DNA from: Alphaproteobacteria bacterium | Lineage (GTDB): Bacteria; Pseudomonadota; Alphaproteobacteria; Bin95 | DNA: 64,000 nucleotides | Direction of reading: 5' to 3' | NCBI GenBank assembly: GCA_963665325.3 | Contig: OZ224045.1 | Span: forward strand, 1,984,001-2,048,000 | In this document: in pieces, positions 35,515 to 44,847 of the stretch | Numbering within the stretch: position 1 is the first letter of the stretch | Layout of the letters: each line of letters begins with the position of its first letter | The notes under the pieces: generated by a model | What the model was told of the DNA's origin: nothing | Seen by the model: the letters and a program-made list of their open reading frames with translations, nothing else | Database searches by the model: none | Program-made: the position numbers and the translations under genes

Positions 35515-37316
35515 GCGGCCGGGCGCGGTGTTCCGCCAGCTGAACGACACGGTCCGTTATTGGTGGACCTTGCGGCGCAAGCCGCTGGAGGCGTTCATGG
35601 AGCCGGTGGCGCTGGCCGGCGACGCACTGCTCTGCCAGGACGGCTCGCTGGTGACGCTGCTGCGCATCGAGGGCTCGCGTTCGATCACGGGCGCGCGCGA
35701 GCTCGCGCAGTTCGTGGAGCTGGCGCAGCGGCGCCTGAACGGCGGCTTTCTCGACCGGGGACATGCGCTGCATGTCATGCTGGAGCGCGCGCCGGATGCG
35801 GCGCGGGCCGCGATCGATGCCGCGGCAGGGCGCCAGCGGCGGCAGTCGGAGCGTCTCGGCCTGGCGCTGGACGATGTGATCGCGGAGCGGTCCGGGCGGC
35901 TGGCGGAGCTGCTCACGGGCGAGACGGGGGTCATGGCGTGCTGGACCCGGCCGCAAACAGTGCCCGGTCCGCAGCTCACTCGCGAGAAGAAGGAGCGGAA
36001 GAAGCAGCTGAAGGGCTGGCTTCCGGCGCTGCGGGACTCGCAGTGCCCGCTCCAGGTCGTTGACAGCCTGCCGCCGCGCCATGAGGCGTTCGTGGCGACG
36101 GTAACGTCGCTTCTCGGCGAGGCGGGGCTGATGGCGGAGCAGCTGGGCTCGCACGAGGCGGTGCGGTCGATGCGGGCGCTGTTGAACGGGCCGGACGCGG
36201 CCGGGCCGGACTGGCGGCCGGTCGGGCCCGGGGACGAGGCCTGGCCGCGGTTCACGGAGCCGCCGGAGCTGGGCTCGTTCCCGCCCCCGCTCGCGCCGCA
36301 GCTTCTGGTTCGGGAGCCTGAGGTCGAAGCGGGAGGTCTCCGGATCGGGGGCAGGCTGTACGGGGCGGTGGACATGGTGCTCGGGCCCCGCCTGGAACGG
36401 CCGTTCTCGGAGCTCATGACCAGGCTTGCGGAGGCGGATATCCCGTTCCGGTTCTCGATGGTAATCGAAGGCGGCGGGATGGCGGGTTCGGGGCCGTCGG
36501 TCGCGCTCGCGGCGGCCTCGGTGCTGGCCGTGACCTCCGAGGACAGCCGGCACGTAAGGGACGCGCTCATCGGCCTGCGGGCGGTGCGCAGCGACGAGCA
36601 GGCGGTGGTGCGGGTGCGGATCGGGTTGCTGACCTGGGTGGAGGAAGAGGAGGACGAGGCGGCTCTGGCCCGACGTCTCGGGCGCATGCAGCAGATCTGC
36701 GAGGGCTGGGGCGAGTGCGAGTTCTCGCCGCTGGTGGGGGACATCCTGGAGGCGTTTGCGGGAACGGTGCCGGGATTTGCGCTTGGCGGGACGCCGGAGC
36801 CGGCGCTGGCGCCGCTTTCGAAGGTGCTCGGCATGCTGCCGCTGTTCCGTCCGGCATCCGCGGTGAGGCCGGACCGGGCCGACTACCTCTTCCGGAGCGA
36901 GGACGGCAAGCCGCTCGGCTACAGCCTGGAGGAGAGCGGGGATTTCGGGTTCGACCTGGTTTACGGGATACCGGGGCGCGGCAAGAGCGTGCTGCTGGGC
37001 TCGCTGTCGCTGGCGTTCTGCCTGCAGGGCGGTCGCCGGCGCCTGAGTGTGCTCTCGGTATCTGATGGCGGGATGGTCACGTTGTTCGATGGTTTTCAGG
37101 CGTCGGGCCGGGCGTGACGGCGGGGGTGTCGGACGGCCGTCGGCGCGTCAAGCCGCTTCGCGGCTCCTGCGCTGCGCTCCGGCCCTTCGGGTGACCCGCC
37201 GCCGTCCCTCCGACGGAGTGCATCCATGGCCGTAAGCAAGCTTCCGGCCACGGGCCGGCCGCTTTACGCAGTGTGACAATGGGAGCGGTGTTACCCGTTA
37301 CCGTTACCCTCTCTCC

Positions 37317-38315
37317 CTAGGGGTTCGAGGCGGTAACGGTTTTCGGTAACGTGTCCCTGCGGTCGTTGCCGTTGAGGGCGGCGAGGCGGTATCCGCCTTC
37401 GGATGCGCGCTCGACGCGTCCTTCGCGGACGAGCCTGTGCAGCGCCTCGGCGACGGTTGCGGGCCGGGTTGCCGCGCGCTCGCGGATCCGGCGCTGGGAG
37501 AGCGGCGCGTCGGCGTCGGCGAGGGCCTGCAGGATGCGCCGTTCGGGGGTATCCGGCTCCGGCGCCTGGTCTTCCGGCGTCTCGCGCAACCGCAGGGCGG
37601 GGCGCTCGTCGTCGTCGGCGAGTTCGATCTCGAGGTCTTCGAGGCCAGGGGCGTCGCGATGCTCGACGGTCATGAGGATCTGGCGGTCTCGCCGGCGCAG
37701 GTACAGATTCGAATCGCCCCAGGCGTGAAGTTCGCTGCTGCCGCGCAGCGCCTGCCCGGGCCGGGAGCCGCCGCTCTTTCGTGCGTGATGGACGAGGAGG
37801 ACGGCGGTTTCGAAGCGGCGCTGTATGTCGCGCAGGAAGCCCAGCATGGGGGCGACCTCGGCGACGGTATTTTCGTCGACGCCGTGCAGGCGCACGAGGG
37901 GGTCGAGGACGACGAGGCGGGGTGAGACGCGCTCCACCGTCTCGACCAGGCGCTGGCGATCGGCGCGATGGTCGAGACGCAGCGTGGGCACGTCGATGAC
38001 GGCGATGTCGAGGGTCTCGAACGCGGTGCCTGCCGCCTTTGCGATGCCCTGGAGGCGTGCGCGCACGATATGGCCGGCGTCCTCGGCGGCGAACAGCAGC
38101 ACGGGGCCGCTTGCGGCGGGACGGAAGTGGCGCAGGCAGGGGACGCCGGCGGCGACCGCGACGGCGATGTCGAGTGCGAGGAAGGATTTGCCGCACTTGG
38201 GCTCGCCGCCGACGATGCCGACGCCCTGCTCGGACCACAACGCCTCGACCATCCAGCGGCGCGCCTGGGGGCGCTCTTCGAGCTCCGCCGGCGCCCGTGT
38301 CGGGAAGCCCTTCAC
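37317..38315 (-). CDS. AAA_25 RepA-like helicase with wHTH, copy 4
   Basis: Same translation as the other copies. Confidence 0.85.
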   Translation of the reverse strand: MKGFPTRAPAELEERPQARRWMVEALWSEQGVGIVGGEPKCGKSFLALDIAVAVAAGVPCLRHFRPAASGPVLLFAAEDAGHIVRARLQGIAKAAGTAFETLDIAVIDVPTLRLDHRADRQRLVETVERVSPRLVVLDPLVRLHGVDENTVAEVAPMLGFLRDIQRRFETAVLLVHHARKSGGSRPGQALRGSSELHAWGDSNLYLRRRDRQILMTVEHRDAPGLEDLEIELADDDERPALRLRETPEDQAPEPDTPERRILQALADADAPLSQRRIRERAATRPATVAEALHRLVREGRVERASEGGYRLAALNGNDRRDTLPKTVTASNP

Positions 38316-39145
38316 CGCCGCGCCCTCCTCGGCTTGGCGGGTTCGCCCAGGGTCTCGATGAAGAGCTTCTCGTCGAGGACCTCGCGCTCCTTCTCGGCGG
38401 CGGCGGCGAGCAGGGCGTCGGCCATGACGGTGAGCGCCCGCGGGTTGCCGTCGGCATGGGCGACCAGGGTGTCCTTGAGGCCCGCGGTCATGAGGCCGGG
38501 ATTGCCGGCCTGCTCGATCAGATGGTCGAGCAGGGCCGCGAGGTCGCCGGCCTCGGCCTTGGTCATGACCAGGCGCTGGCGGATGCGCGAGGCGATGGGC
38601 TGCAGATCGGGCTGGCGGAGCTTGTCGAGCAGGCGCGTGTCGCCGGCGAGGACGACCGAGAGGATGGCGCGCGAGTCGAAGTCGGTCGAAGCCAGCAGGC
38701 GGATCTCGGAGAACACCGAGGGCAGCAGCTCCTGGGCCTCGTCGACGAGCACGACGGGGCGCATGCGGGTATCGTCGACATGGGCGAGCCAGCGCTCGCG
38801 CAGGCTTTTGAAGCTGGCCCAGCGGTTGTTGTACATCAGGTCGACGCCGAACATCTCGCCGATCTCGCGGTAGAAGTCGGACAGCCGGGAGGAGGGATGG
38901 GTGATGGCGGCGATGCTGAGCCCCTCGCAGCGGCCGAGACGGTCGGCGAGCAGGCGCAACGCCACACTCTTTCCGGCGCCGGGCTCGCCGGCGATCAAGG
39001 CGAAGCCGCCCTGGCGCACCAGGTGGCGCTCGATCCTGAGGCAGAAGCTGTCGACGGCAGGCGTCGCCATGAGACTGTCGACCGGCAGGTCGGTGGCGAA
39101 GGGGTTCCACTTGAGCCCGTAGAAGGTGAGCAGTTCCCGGTTCAT
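38312..39145 (-). CDS. ExeA/TnsC-like AAA+ ATPase, copy 4
   Basis: Same translation as the other copies. Confidence 0.9.
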   Translation of the reverse strand: MNRELLTFYGLKWNPFATDLPVDSLMATPAVDSFCLRIERHLVRQGGFALIAGEPGAGKSVALRLLADRLGRCEGLSIAAITHPSSRLSDFYREIGEMFGVDLMYNNRWASFKSLRERWLAHVDDTRMRPVVLVDEAQELLPSVFSEIRLLASTDFDSRAILSVVLAGDTRLLDKLRQPDLQPIASRIRQRLVMTKAEAGDLAALLDHLIEQAGNPGLMTAGLKDTLVAHADGNPRALTVMADALLAAAAEKEREVLDEKLFIETLGEPAKPRRARR

Positions 39146-40617
39146 GGCGCATCTCCCCGATCTTCGTCCTCGCCCGGACCGGGCGTCTTGTCATGGGGCA
39201 GCCAGGCCGGCGGCAGGCCGGTTGCGGCCTGGGCGTCGAGCATGCCCTTGAGCAGCGGCGGAAGTTCCCCCGTCCCCGCGCCGCCATTGCCATCGTTGCC
39301 GCCGGGGCCGGCGGGACGGCGCACGCCATCGGCGTTGCCGCGCTTGTCGAGGGGGTACAGCGTGCACAGGCGCTCGCCGCCTCGACCGTCGATCAGATCG
39401 ACGCTGGCGAGGTTCCAGCGCGCGTAACGGATCCAGGCCTCGCGCAGGTGGCGCCACGGCTGTGGCACCTGGTAGCGGATGCCCTCGACCGAGACGGTGC
39501 CGTCCGAGCGCCTGAGCGTGCGCTTCCTGGTGATGCGGAAGGCCGCCTTGAGCTCGGCCGAGCCGGGGCAGGATCTCGACGCGTCGACGCTCCCGGCCAG
39601 GCGTTGATGCGGCGTCATGCCGAGCTCGCGGTGCTTGCGGCGGTGATAGTCCTGCTCCAGCCAGGCGATGGTGGCGTCGTTGAGCATCTTCAAGGTAAGC
39701 GCGTCGACGCCTTCGAGCTGAGCCATCAGGCGCGATTCGACCGTGCCCCAGAACGACTCGATCTTGCCGTTCTGATGGGGGCTGTAAGCGAGCGTCGTGA
39801 CCCCCGCGATGCCGAGCCGGTGCAACCCCTCCTCGACCTCGCCCGCGGTCATCGCCGCGCCGTTGTCGGTCAGCAGGGACCTCGGCAGACCGCGCTTCAT
39901 GAAGGCCTGGCAAAGGCCGTGGACGAACACCTCGGCGGTCTCGGCGAGGTACCACTGAAGGTGGCAGCCGAGGCGCGAGTGGTCGTCGAGGAAGCCGAGC
40001 AGGATCGGCGTCTTCCACTCGCCCGAGGCGGTCAGCACGCGACGCTTGGCGCTGTGCATGTCGGCGTGCCACAGGGCGTGAGAGCGCGAGACCTCGTAGC
40101 TCAATACCTCGCGGGCTTCGACCGCCGGCCTGGCCTCGCTCTCATGCCACTTGCGCCGGCGCTTGCGTACCAGCCCGCGAGCCCGCATCGCCCGGGTCAG
40201 CGTCGCGTAGGACGGTATCGGGCCGAGCTCGGGATCGGCCTCGACCCGCGCGGCCAGATTCTCGTGATGAAGCTGCGCCGACCACGACGGATGCGCCCGG
40301 TACTGCTCGTGCAGCGCCTCGATCAGCGTCGGCGACATCGCGCGCGGGCGCCCGGCATCGGCGCGCGGGCGCCGCTTGAGCGCCCCCACCGGATCGTTGT
40401 CCGCCGCCCGCGCCTGGTAGTACCAGCGCTCGATCGTGGACACCGCGAAGCGCACCCGGCCCTTGCCGGACGGGTGATCCCACTCGCGTTCGGCAAGCCG
40501 CTCAAGCTCGGCGTGCAGCCGCCCCGCCGGCGGCGGCGAGGCCAGAAGCGGCCCGACCACCGCGAAGCGCAACCGCGCCCACCGGTCGCGACGCTCGCTC
40601 CCGTCGTTGCTGTTCAT
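39142..40617 (-). CDS. DDE transposase, copy 4
   Basis: Same translation as the other copies. Confidence 0.92.
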   Translation of the reverse strand: MNSNDGSERRDRWARLRFAVVGPLLASPPPAGRLHAELERLAEREWDHPSGKGRVRFAVSTIERWYYQARAADNDPVGALKRRPRADAGRPRAMSPTLIEALHEQYRAHPSWSAQLHHENLAARVEADPELGPIPSYATLTRAMRARGLVRKRRRKWHESEARPAVEAREVLSYEVSRSHALWHADMHSAKRRVLTASGEWKTPILLGFLDDHSRLGCHLQWYLAETAEVFVHGLCQAFMKRGLPRSLLTDNGAAMTAGEVEEGLHRLGIAGVTTLAYSPHQNGKIESFWGTVESRLMAQLEGVDALTLKMLNDATIAWLEQDYHRRKHRELGMTPHQRLAGSVDASRSCPGSAELKAAFRITRKRTLRRSDGTVSVEGIRYQVPQPWRHLREAWIRYARWNLASVDLIDGRGGERLCTLYPLDKRGNADGVRRPAGPGGNDGNGGAGTGELPPLLKGMLDAQAATGLPPAWLPHDKTPGPGEDEDRGDAP

Positions 40618-40665
40618 TCCGGCATCCCCCTCGCTGCTTCGTGGAGGTGCCGATGATGCGGTGCC

Positions 40666-41280
40666 CTATCCGTGCATCATAGAAACGCTTTCTGCGGGCG
40701 AAGCCGGACCTGCGCCGAGCGCGCAAAAGCCGGTCCACGGCATCAGCCAGACCAGGCTCCGCAGCAGCCGCGAGCGGAAGCCACGGCCCCGCATGATGCG
40801 CAGCAGCCGGCGCAGCGGCGCCTCTTCGGGCGGCGCCGCCAGCTCGCCCCGTCTCGCCTGCCACTCCCGGGTCAGCGGGAAGGCTTCCAGCCACCAGCGC
40901 CGCCAGCGCTTCAGCGTCGAGGCCGGAACCCCGCACCGCCGCGCGATCGTCTGCAACCGCGCGCCGCCGGCCACAGCCAGCGCACTCACCACAAGGAACA
41001 GCGCCCCGACGTAAAAGCGCCTGCCGAAGAAACGCACCGACGGCGGCTTCACGCGGCGTCGGCACACCGAACAGCACAGGCTGAAGCGCCGAACGTCGTT
41101 CCGAAGATTCGCCGCCAGACCGTGCGGCTTGCGCGGGTAGCTCGCGCTGTGAAGCGCGCCGCCGCAGCGCGGGCAACCCGCCGCCCGGCACGCCTCCGCC
41201 TCGGCCGCGTCGACCTGCTTCAGAAAATCCCAAACCCGGGCGTTGGAGAGATTGGAGTGCCGGAACAGCTTGTGCGACAT
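40666..41280 (-). CDS. Zn-finger/HTH protein, copy 4
   Basis: Same translation as the other copies. Confidence 0.75.
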   Translation of the reverse strand: MSHKLFRHSNLSNARVWDFLKQVDAAEAEACRAAGCPRCGGALHSASYPRKPHGLAANLRNDVRRFSLCCSVCRRRVKPPSVRFFGRRFYVGALFLVVSALAVAGGARLQTIARRCGVPASTLKRWRRWWLEAFPLTREWQARRGELAAPPEEAPLRRLLRIMRGRGFRSRLLRSLVWLMPWTGFCALGAGPASPAESVSMMHG

Positions 41281-42915
41281 TGGGGCCGTCTCAGGTTGAT
41301 GTCACTGTCACCGAGACAAGCCCTCCGGCGGCCTTCTTGCAAGATCGCCGGGGGGCACCCAATCCAAAACCTCGATTAATCCGAGCCGATCAGCCCCTGA
41401 TCGCCGCTGAAAGCCTGCGCCCGCTCAGCGCCTGCCCCTGCTGGCGGTCGTCGATATCGGGCCTTCGTCCTCGGGCATGATCTCGATGATCCGCGAGGCG
41501 CTGCCGGAGGACCGGCGCTACGAGGTCGGCTGGTTCGCGCCGCAGATGACGCGCGCGCATGCGATCAATCCCTGCGACACGCAGCTCGGCTGCCGCTTTC
41601 CGCTGCCTTCGGAGCGGGCGTTCCTGACCAATCTGCTGGCGCTGATCCTGACCCCGGCCGGCGCCGCGGGCGTCCCGGACGGGGTGGCCGAGACGATCTC
41701 GCCGATGATCGGGAAGATCTACCGGATGCGCGAGGACGGCCGCCCGGGTGCGGAGCCGCATCCCTACACGAAGGGCCGCGACGCGGAAGTGGACGGGGCG
41801 CTTGAGCGCCAGGCCATTCACCTTCCGGGCTCGCCCTTGTGGTGGGAGGTGGTGGACCTGCTGTTCGACGCCGGCGAGGTGGATGCGGCCGGGCGCGCGC
41901 AGCGTTATGCGGCGCCGACGCTGCTCGATTGCCTGACGGCGGTGCGGGAGCCGGAGGTCCAGGACCTGGTGGGCAAGGCGACCTACGGCTCGGGCGGCGA
42001 GCCGGTGACGGCGGCGGTGGTGCGCATCATGACCGCGCTTTCGGGCCAGTGGCCGCTCATGTTCGAGCCGACCGCCTTCGATATCGGGCATGTCCGGGTG
42101 GCGGCGATCGACCTGGCGGCGGTGGCGCCGCAGGGCAGTCCCGAGGCGGACCGGCAGACGGCGGCGATGTACATGCTCGCCCGTCACGTGCTGACGCGGC
42201 ACTGGTGGGTCGGCGAGGAGGTGCTGGGCGAGGTCCCGGAGAAATACCGGGCCTGGCATGAGCGGCGCATTCGCGAGGTGAGGGAGACGCCGAAGCGGCT
42301 CGTGTTCGACGAGTATCACCGCACGGCCGCGGCGCCCGGGGTCCGCTCGCAGGTCGACCGCGACGTGCGCGAGGCGCGCAAGCAGCGCGTGCGGTTGATG
42401 CTGGCGTCCCAGCGCGAGGGGGATTTCGGCGACCTGGCGGAACTCGCGACCGGTTTCTGGATCCTGGGGTCGGGCGGGACAACCGAAGACGAGGCGCGCC
42501 ACCTGGCCGAGATGTTCGGGCTCGGGGACGCGGCGGTGGAAGCCATCCGGTTCCGTCTCACGGGACCGTCGCGGACGGGCGCGCCGGCGCTGCATGTCGC
42601 CAGGGACGCCGGCGGGCAGTTCGAGCAGATCCTGGTGAACTCCGTGGGACCGGTCGAACTCTGGGCTCTGAACACGGCGCCGCGCGACGTCGCGTTGCGG
42701 AACCGTGTGCAGGCACTGATCGGCGCGGCTGCTGGACGGGCAGCACTCGCGGGGATGTTCCCGTCGGGCTCCGCCAGGGACCGTGTCGAGGCACAGATCC
42801 GGGCGCTGGAAAGCCGGGGCATGGAGGCCTCGGTCGAGGAGGCGGAAATCCTGGACGAACTGGCCGAGGAAACCGTGCGCAGTGCGACGTCGCATGCGGC
42901 CGGGAGGATGGTCGC

Positions 42916-43218
42916 GTGAGGCCGGGTCTGCGGATGGCTGCGTTCCTGGCGACGGTTCTGGCGCCGGGGCTGGCGGCGGCGGATGGGTTTTATGCGGTGA
43001 TCCGGTCCTCGCCGCTTCAGCCGGTGGGATGGGTGTTCGCTGTGCTCGCCTTGGTGCTCCTGATAGTCGGCTATCTGGAATTGAATGGCGCCATCGAGAG
43101 AAACGACCGGGGGAGCCTGGTCTGGATGTATGCAAGCCTTGCGCTGGCGTTAACGGCCATGGCGAGGGTTCTGCTGTTCGGCGGCCTTGTTTCGATAGAG
43201 GTAATGCGATGGGGTTGA
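42916..43218 (+). CDS. Small membrane protein
   Basis: GTGA coupling to icmB; three hydrophobic segments. Confidence 0.55.
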   Translation: MRPGLRMAAFLATVLAPGLAAADGFYAVIRSSPLQPVGWVFAVLALVLLIVGYLELNGAIERNDRGSLVWMYASLALALTAMARVLLFGGLVSIEVMRWG

Positions 43219-43231
43219 GGAGGGCGGGCCG

Positions 43232-43714
43232 ATGAGGCGATTTGGGGTGCTCGGCTGGATCGTCGTTGTTCTGGCGCTGGCGGCGTCGCCGGCGGCCGGT
43301 CAGTCGGGCGGACAGGCCGACTGCGATCCGGCGGTCGCGAAGGCGCTCGAGGATTCGGCTGTCCGGGGTGTGGAGCGTGACCAGGTCATCATCCGCCACC
43401 CTGACGAGGGGATCGGCGACCCGGACTCGATCTACGACCTCTCCTGCGACCTGCTGAACTTTCCGAGCTGGGACGCGCTGGTGCGGCTGCCGAGCCTGCC
43501 GGACCTGTTTCAGGAGCTTTGCGACCGGGCCAAGGCGGTCTGGCGGGAGAAGGTGACGCGCCCGTTCGACCGGGCGGTTTATGGACTGGACCGCGAACTG
43601 GACGTTCTGCCGGGGCTCGATGTCGATGTGCGGCCGAGGACGCGGCGCCTTCCGGGAGTGGACCCGGATGCCGGCCGGGTGTTTCGCGGCATCGTGGGGG
43701 AGGAAGAATCGTGA
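43232..43714 (+). CDS. Exported Cys-containing protein of the T4BSS cluster
   Basis: RBS GAGGAGG, signal peptide, three Cys. Confidence 0.65.
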   Translation: MRRFGVLGWIVVVLALAASPAAGQSGGQADCDPAVAKALEDSAVRGVERDQVIIRHPDEGIGDPDSIYDLSCDLLNFPSWDALVRLPSLPDLFQELCDRAKAVWREKVTRPFDRAVYGLDRELDVLPGLDVDVRPRTRRLPGVDPDAGRVFRGIVGEEES

Positions 43715-44847
43715 TGTTGAGAACCGCCGCTGGCGCGATTGCGGTGCTGTTGCTGGCGCTGGCGGCGCCGGAAGCGCATGCGGGCTGTTGCGGCTGCGCC
43801 TGGAGCGCGTCGCGATCGGCGGCCCGAACGGTGATTACCAGCGTCAATGCCCGGATCGACCGGATGGAGAGCAGCATCGTCGAGACGCTGGAACTCCAGA
43901 CGGCGCAGCTCTCCGGATATATCGCCGAGGGCGCGAAGTCGATCACGGACTCCCTGGATGCGCAGATGAAGCTGCAGGCGGAGATCGCGCGCGACGAGGC
44001 CGAGACGCAGTCGAAGCTCCAGCATCGGCCGACCTCTTCGGGTTGCCGGACGGTCACGGGCATGGCGGGTCTTGCCGAAGGCCGCGTGGCGGGGGCGGAG
44101 GCCGGCAGGCGCGCCGGGACCCGGGAGACCGGGCGGATCGGCGGCGACAGCGCCGTGGTCGGCGATGGGGCCGGCATGGCGGCGGACACCAGGCGGCGTT
44201 TCGGGGTCTGGACGGGCGAGCATTGCAGCGAGAGCCGTCTCGAGGCCGGCGCGGATGTCTGTCGCGGAGACCCGTCGAGGCACGACGCCGACATCAGGGC
44301 GGGGTCCCTGTTCGACGTGGACACCTTCGGGGATGACGACGAACGCCTTGCCGCCGGGGAGCTCGGGCGGAACCTGGCCGCGCCGCTGGTCTGGGACCGG
44401 TATCCGCTGCGCGCGGTGGACACGGACCAGGACCGCGAGCTCGCCATGCTGGCGCGCGCGGCCGATGCGCGCTCGGCGCTGGCTTCGGACTGGTTTGCGC
44501 GCTCGCGCGGCGCGCGCGAGCCGGCGGTGGACCTGGCGGGCTGGGCCTCGACACTGGCGCCCGGGCTTTCCGGCGACGGGACTTTTCTCAGCCGGCACGA
44601 GCTGCTCGAGGTCCTTGCCTCGCGGCGGTTCGAGAACCCGGCCTGGGCGGTCGGACTGCAGTCGATGAACCGGGACAATCTGCTGCGCGAGCTCGCGCTC
44701 CTCCAGGCCGCGTCGCTGATGCTGGACTGGGAGCGCTACCGGATGGACGAGCGGCGCGGCGCCATGGAGGCCGCGCGCCTCGGGGCGGTGGCCGAGGAAA
44801 TGCGCCGTCTGCCGGGTCTGGCTGACTGGCTCGAGGTCCAGCGCTGA
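43711..44847 (+). CDS. TraW-like exported protein
   Basis: Signal peptide ending AHA; helical body; RRFENPAW...LLREL motif; directly before dotA, as IncI traW lies near traY. Confidence 0.55.
   Translation: MMLRTAAGAIAVLLLALAAPEAHAGCCGCAWSASRSAARTVITSVNARIDRMESSIVETLELQTAQLSGYIAEGAKSITDSLDAQMKLQAEIARDEAETQSKLQHRPTSSGCRTVTGMAGLAEGRVAGAEAGRRAGTRETGRIGGDSAVVGDGAGMAADTRRRFGVWTGEHCSESRLEAGADVCRGDPSRHDADIRAGSLFDVDTFGDDDERLAAGELGRNLAAPLVWDRYPLRAVDTDQDRELAMLARAADARSALASDWFARSRGAREPAVDLAGWASTLAPGLSGDGTFLSRHELLEVLASRRFENPAWAVGLQSMNRDNLLRELALLQAASLMLDWERYRMDERRGAMEAARLGAVAEEMRRLPGLADWLEVQR

Larger units (their letters stand above)
37044..41427 (-). mobile_element. Copy 4 of the 4,384-bp transposon; 5-bp TSD GCGCC
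   Basis: GCGCC at 37039-37043 and 41428-41432; constant offset of 20,992 from copy 2. Confidence 0.97.
35528..42919 (+). pseudogene. icmB: IcmB/DotO/TraU (VirB4-like ATPase) split by transposon copy 4 (35528-37043 plus 41433-42919)
   Basis: Walker A GIPGRGKS lies before the insertion and Walker B LVFDEYHRT after it. Removing the element and GCGCC restores RRRLPLLAVVDIGPSSSG. Confidence 0.9.

Noticed and set aside
1-41427. The four copies as a pure assembly artefact
   Set aside because: Distinct TSDs and in-frame restoration of three host genes argue for real insertions. Co-occurrence on one molecule still needs long reads.
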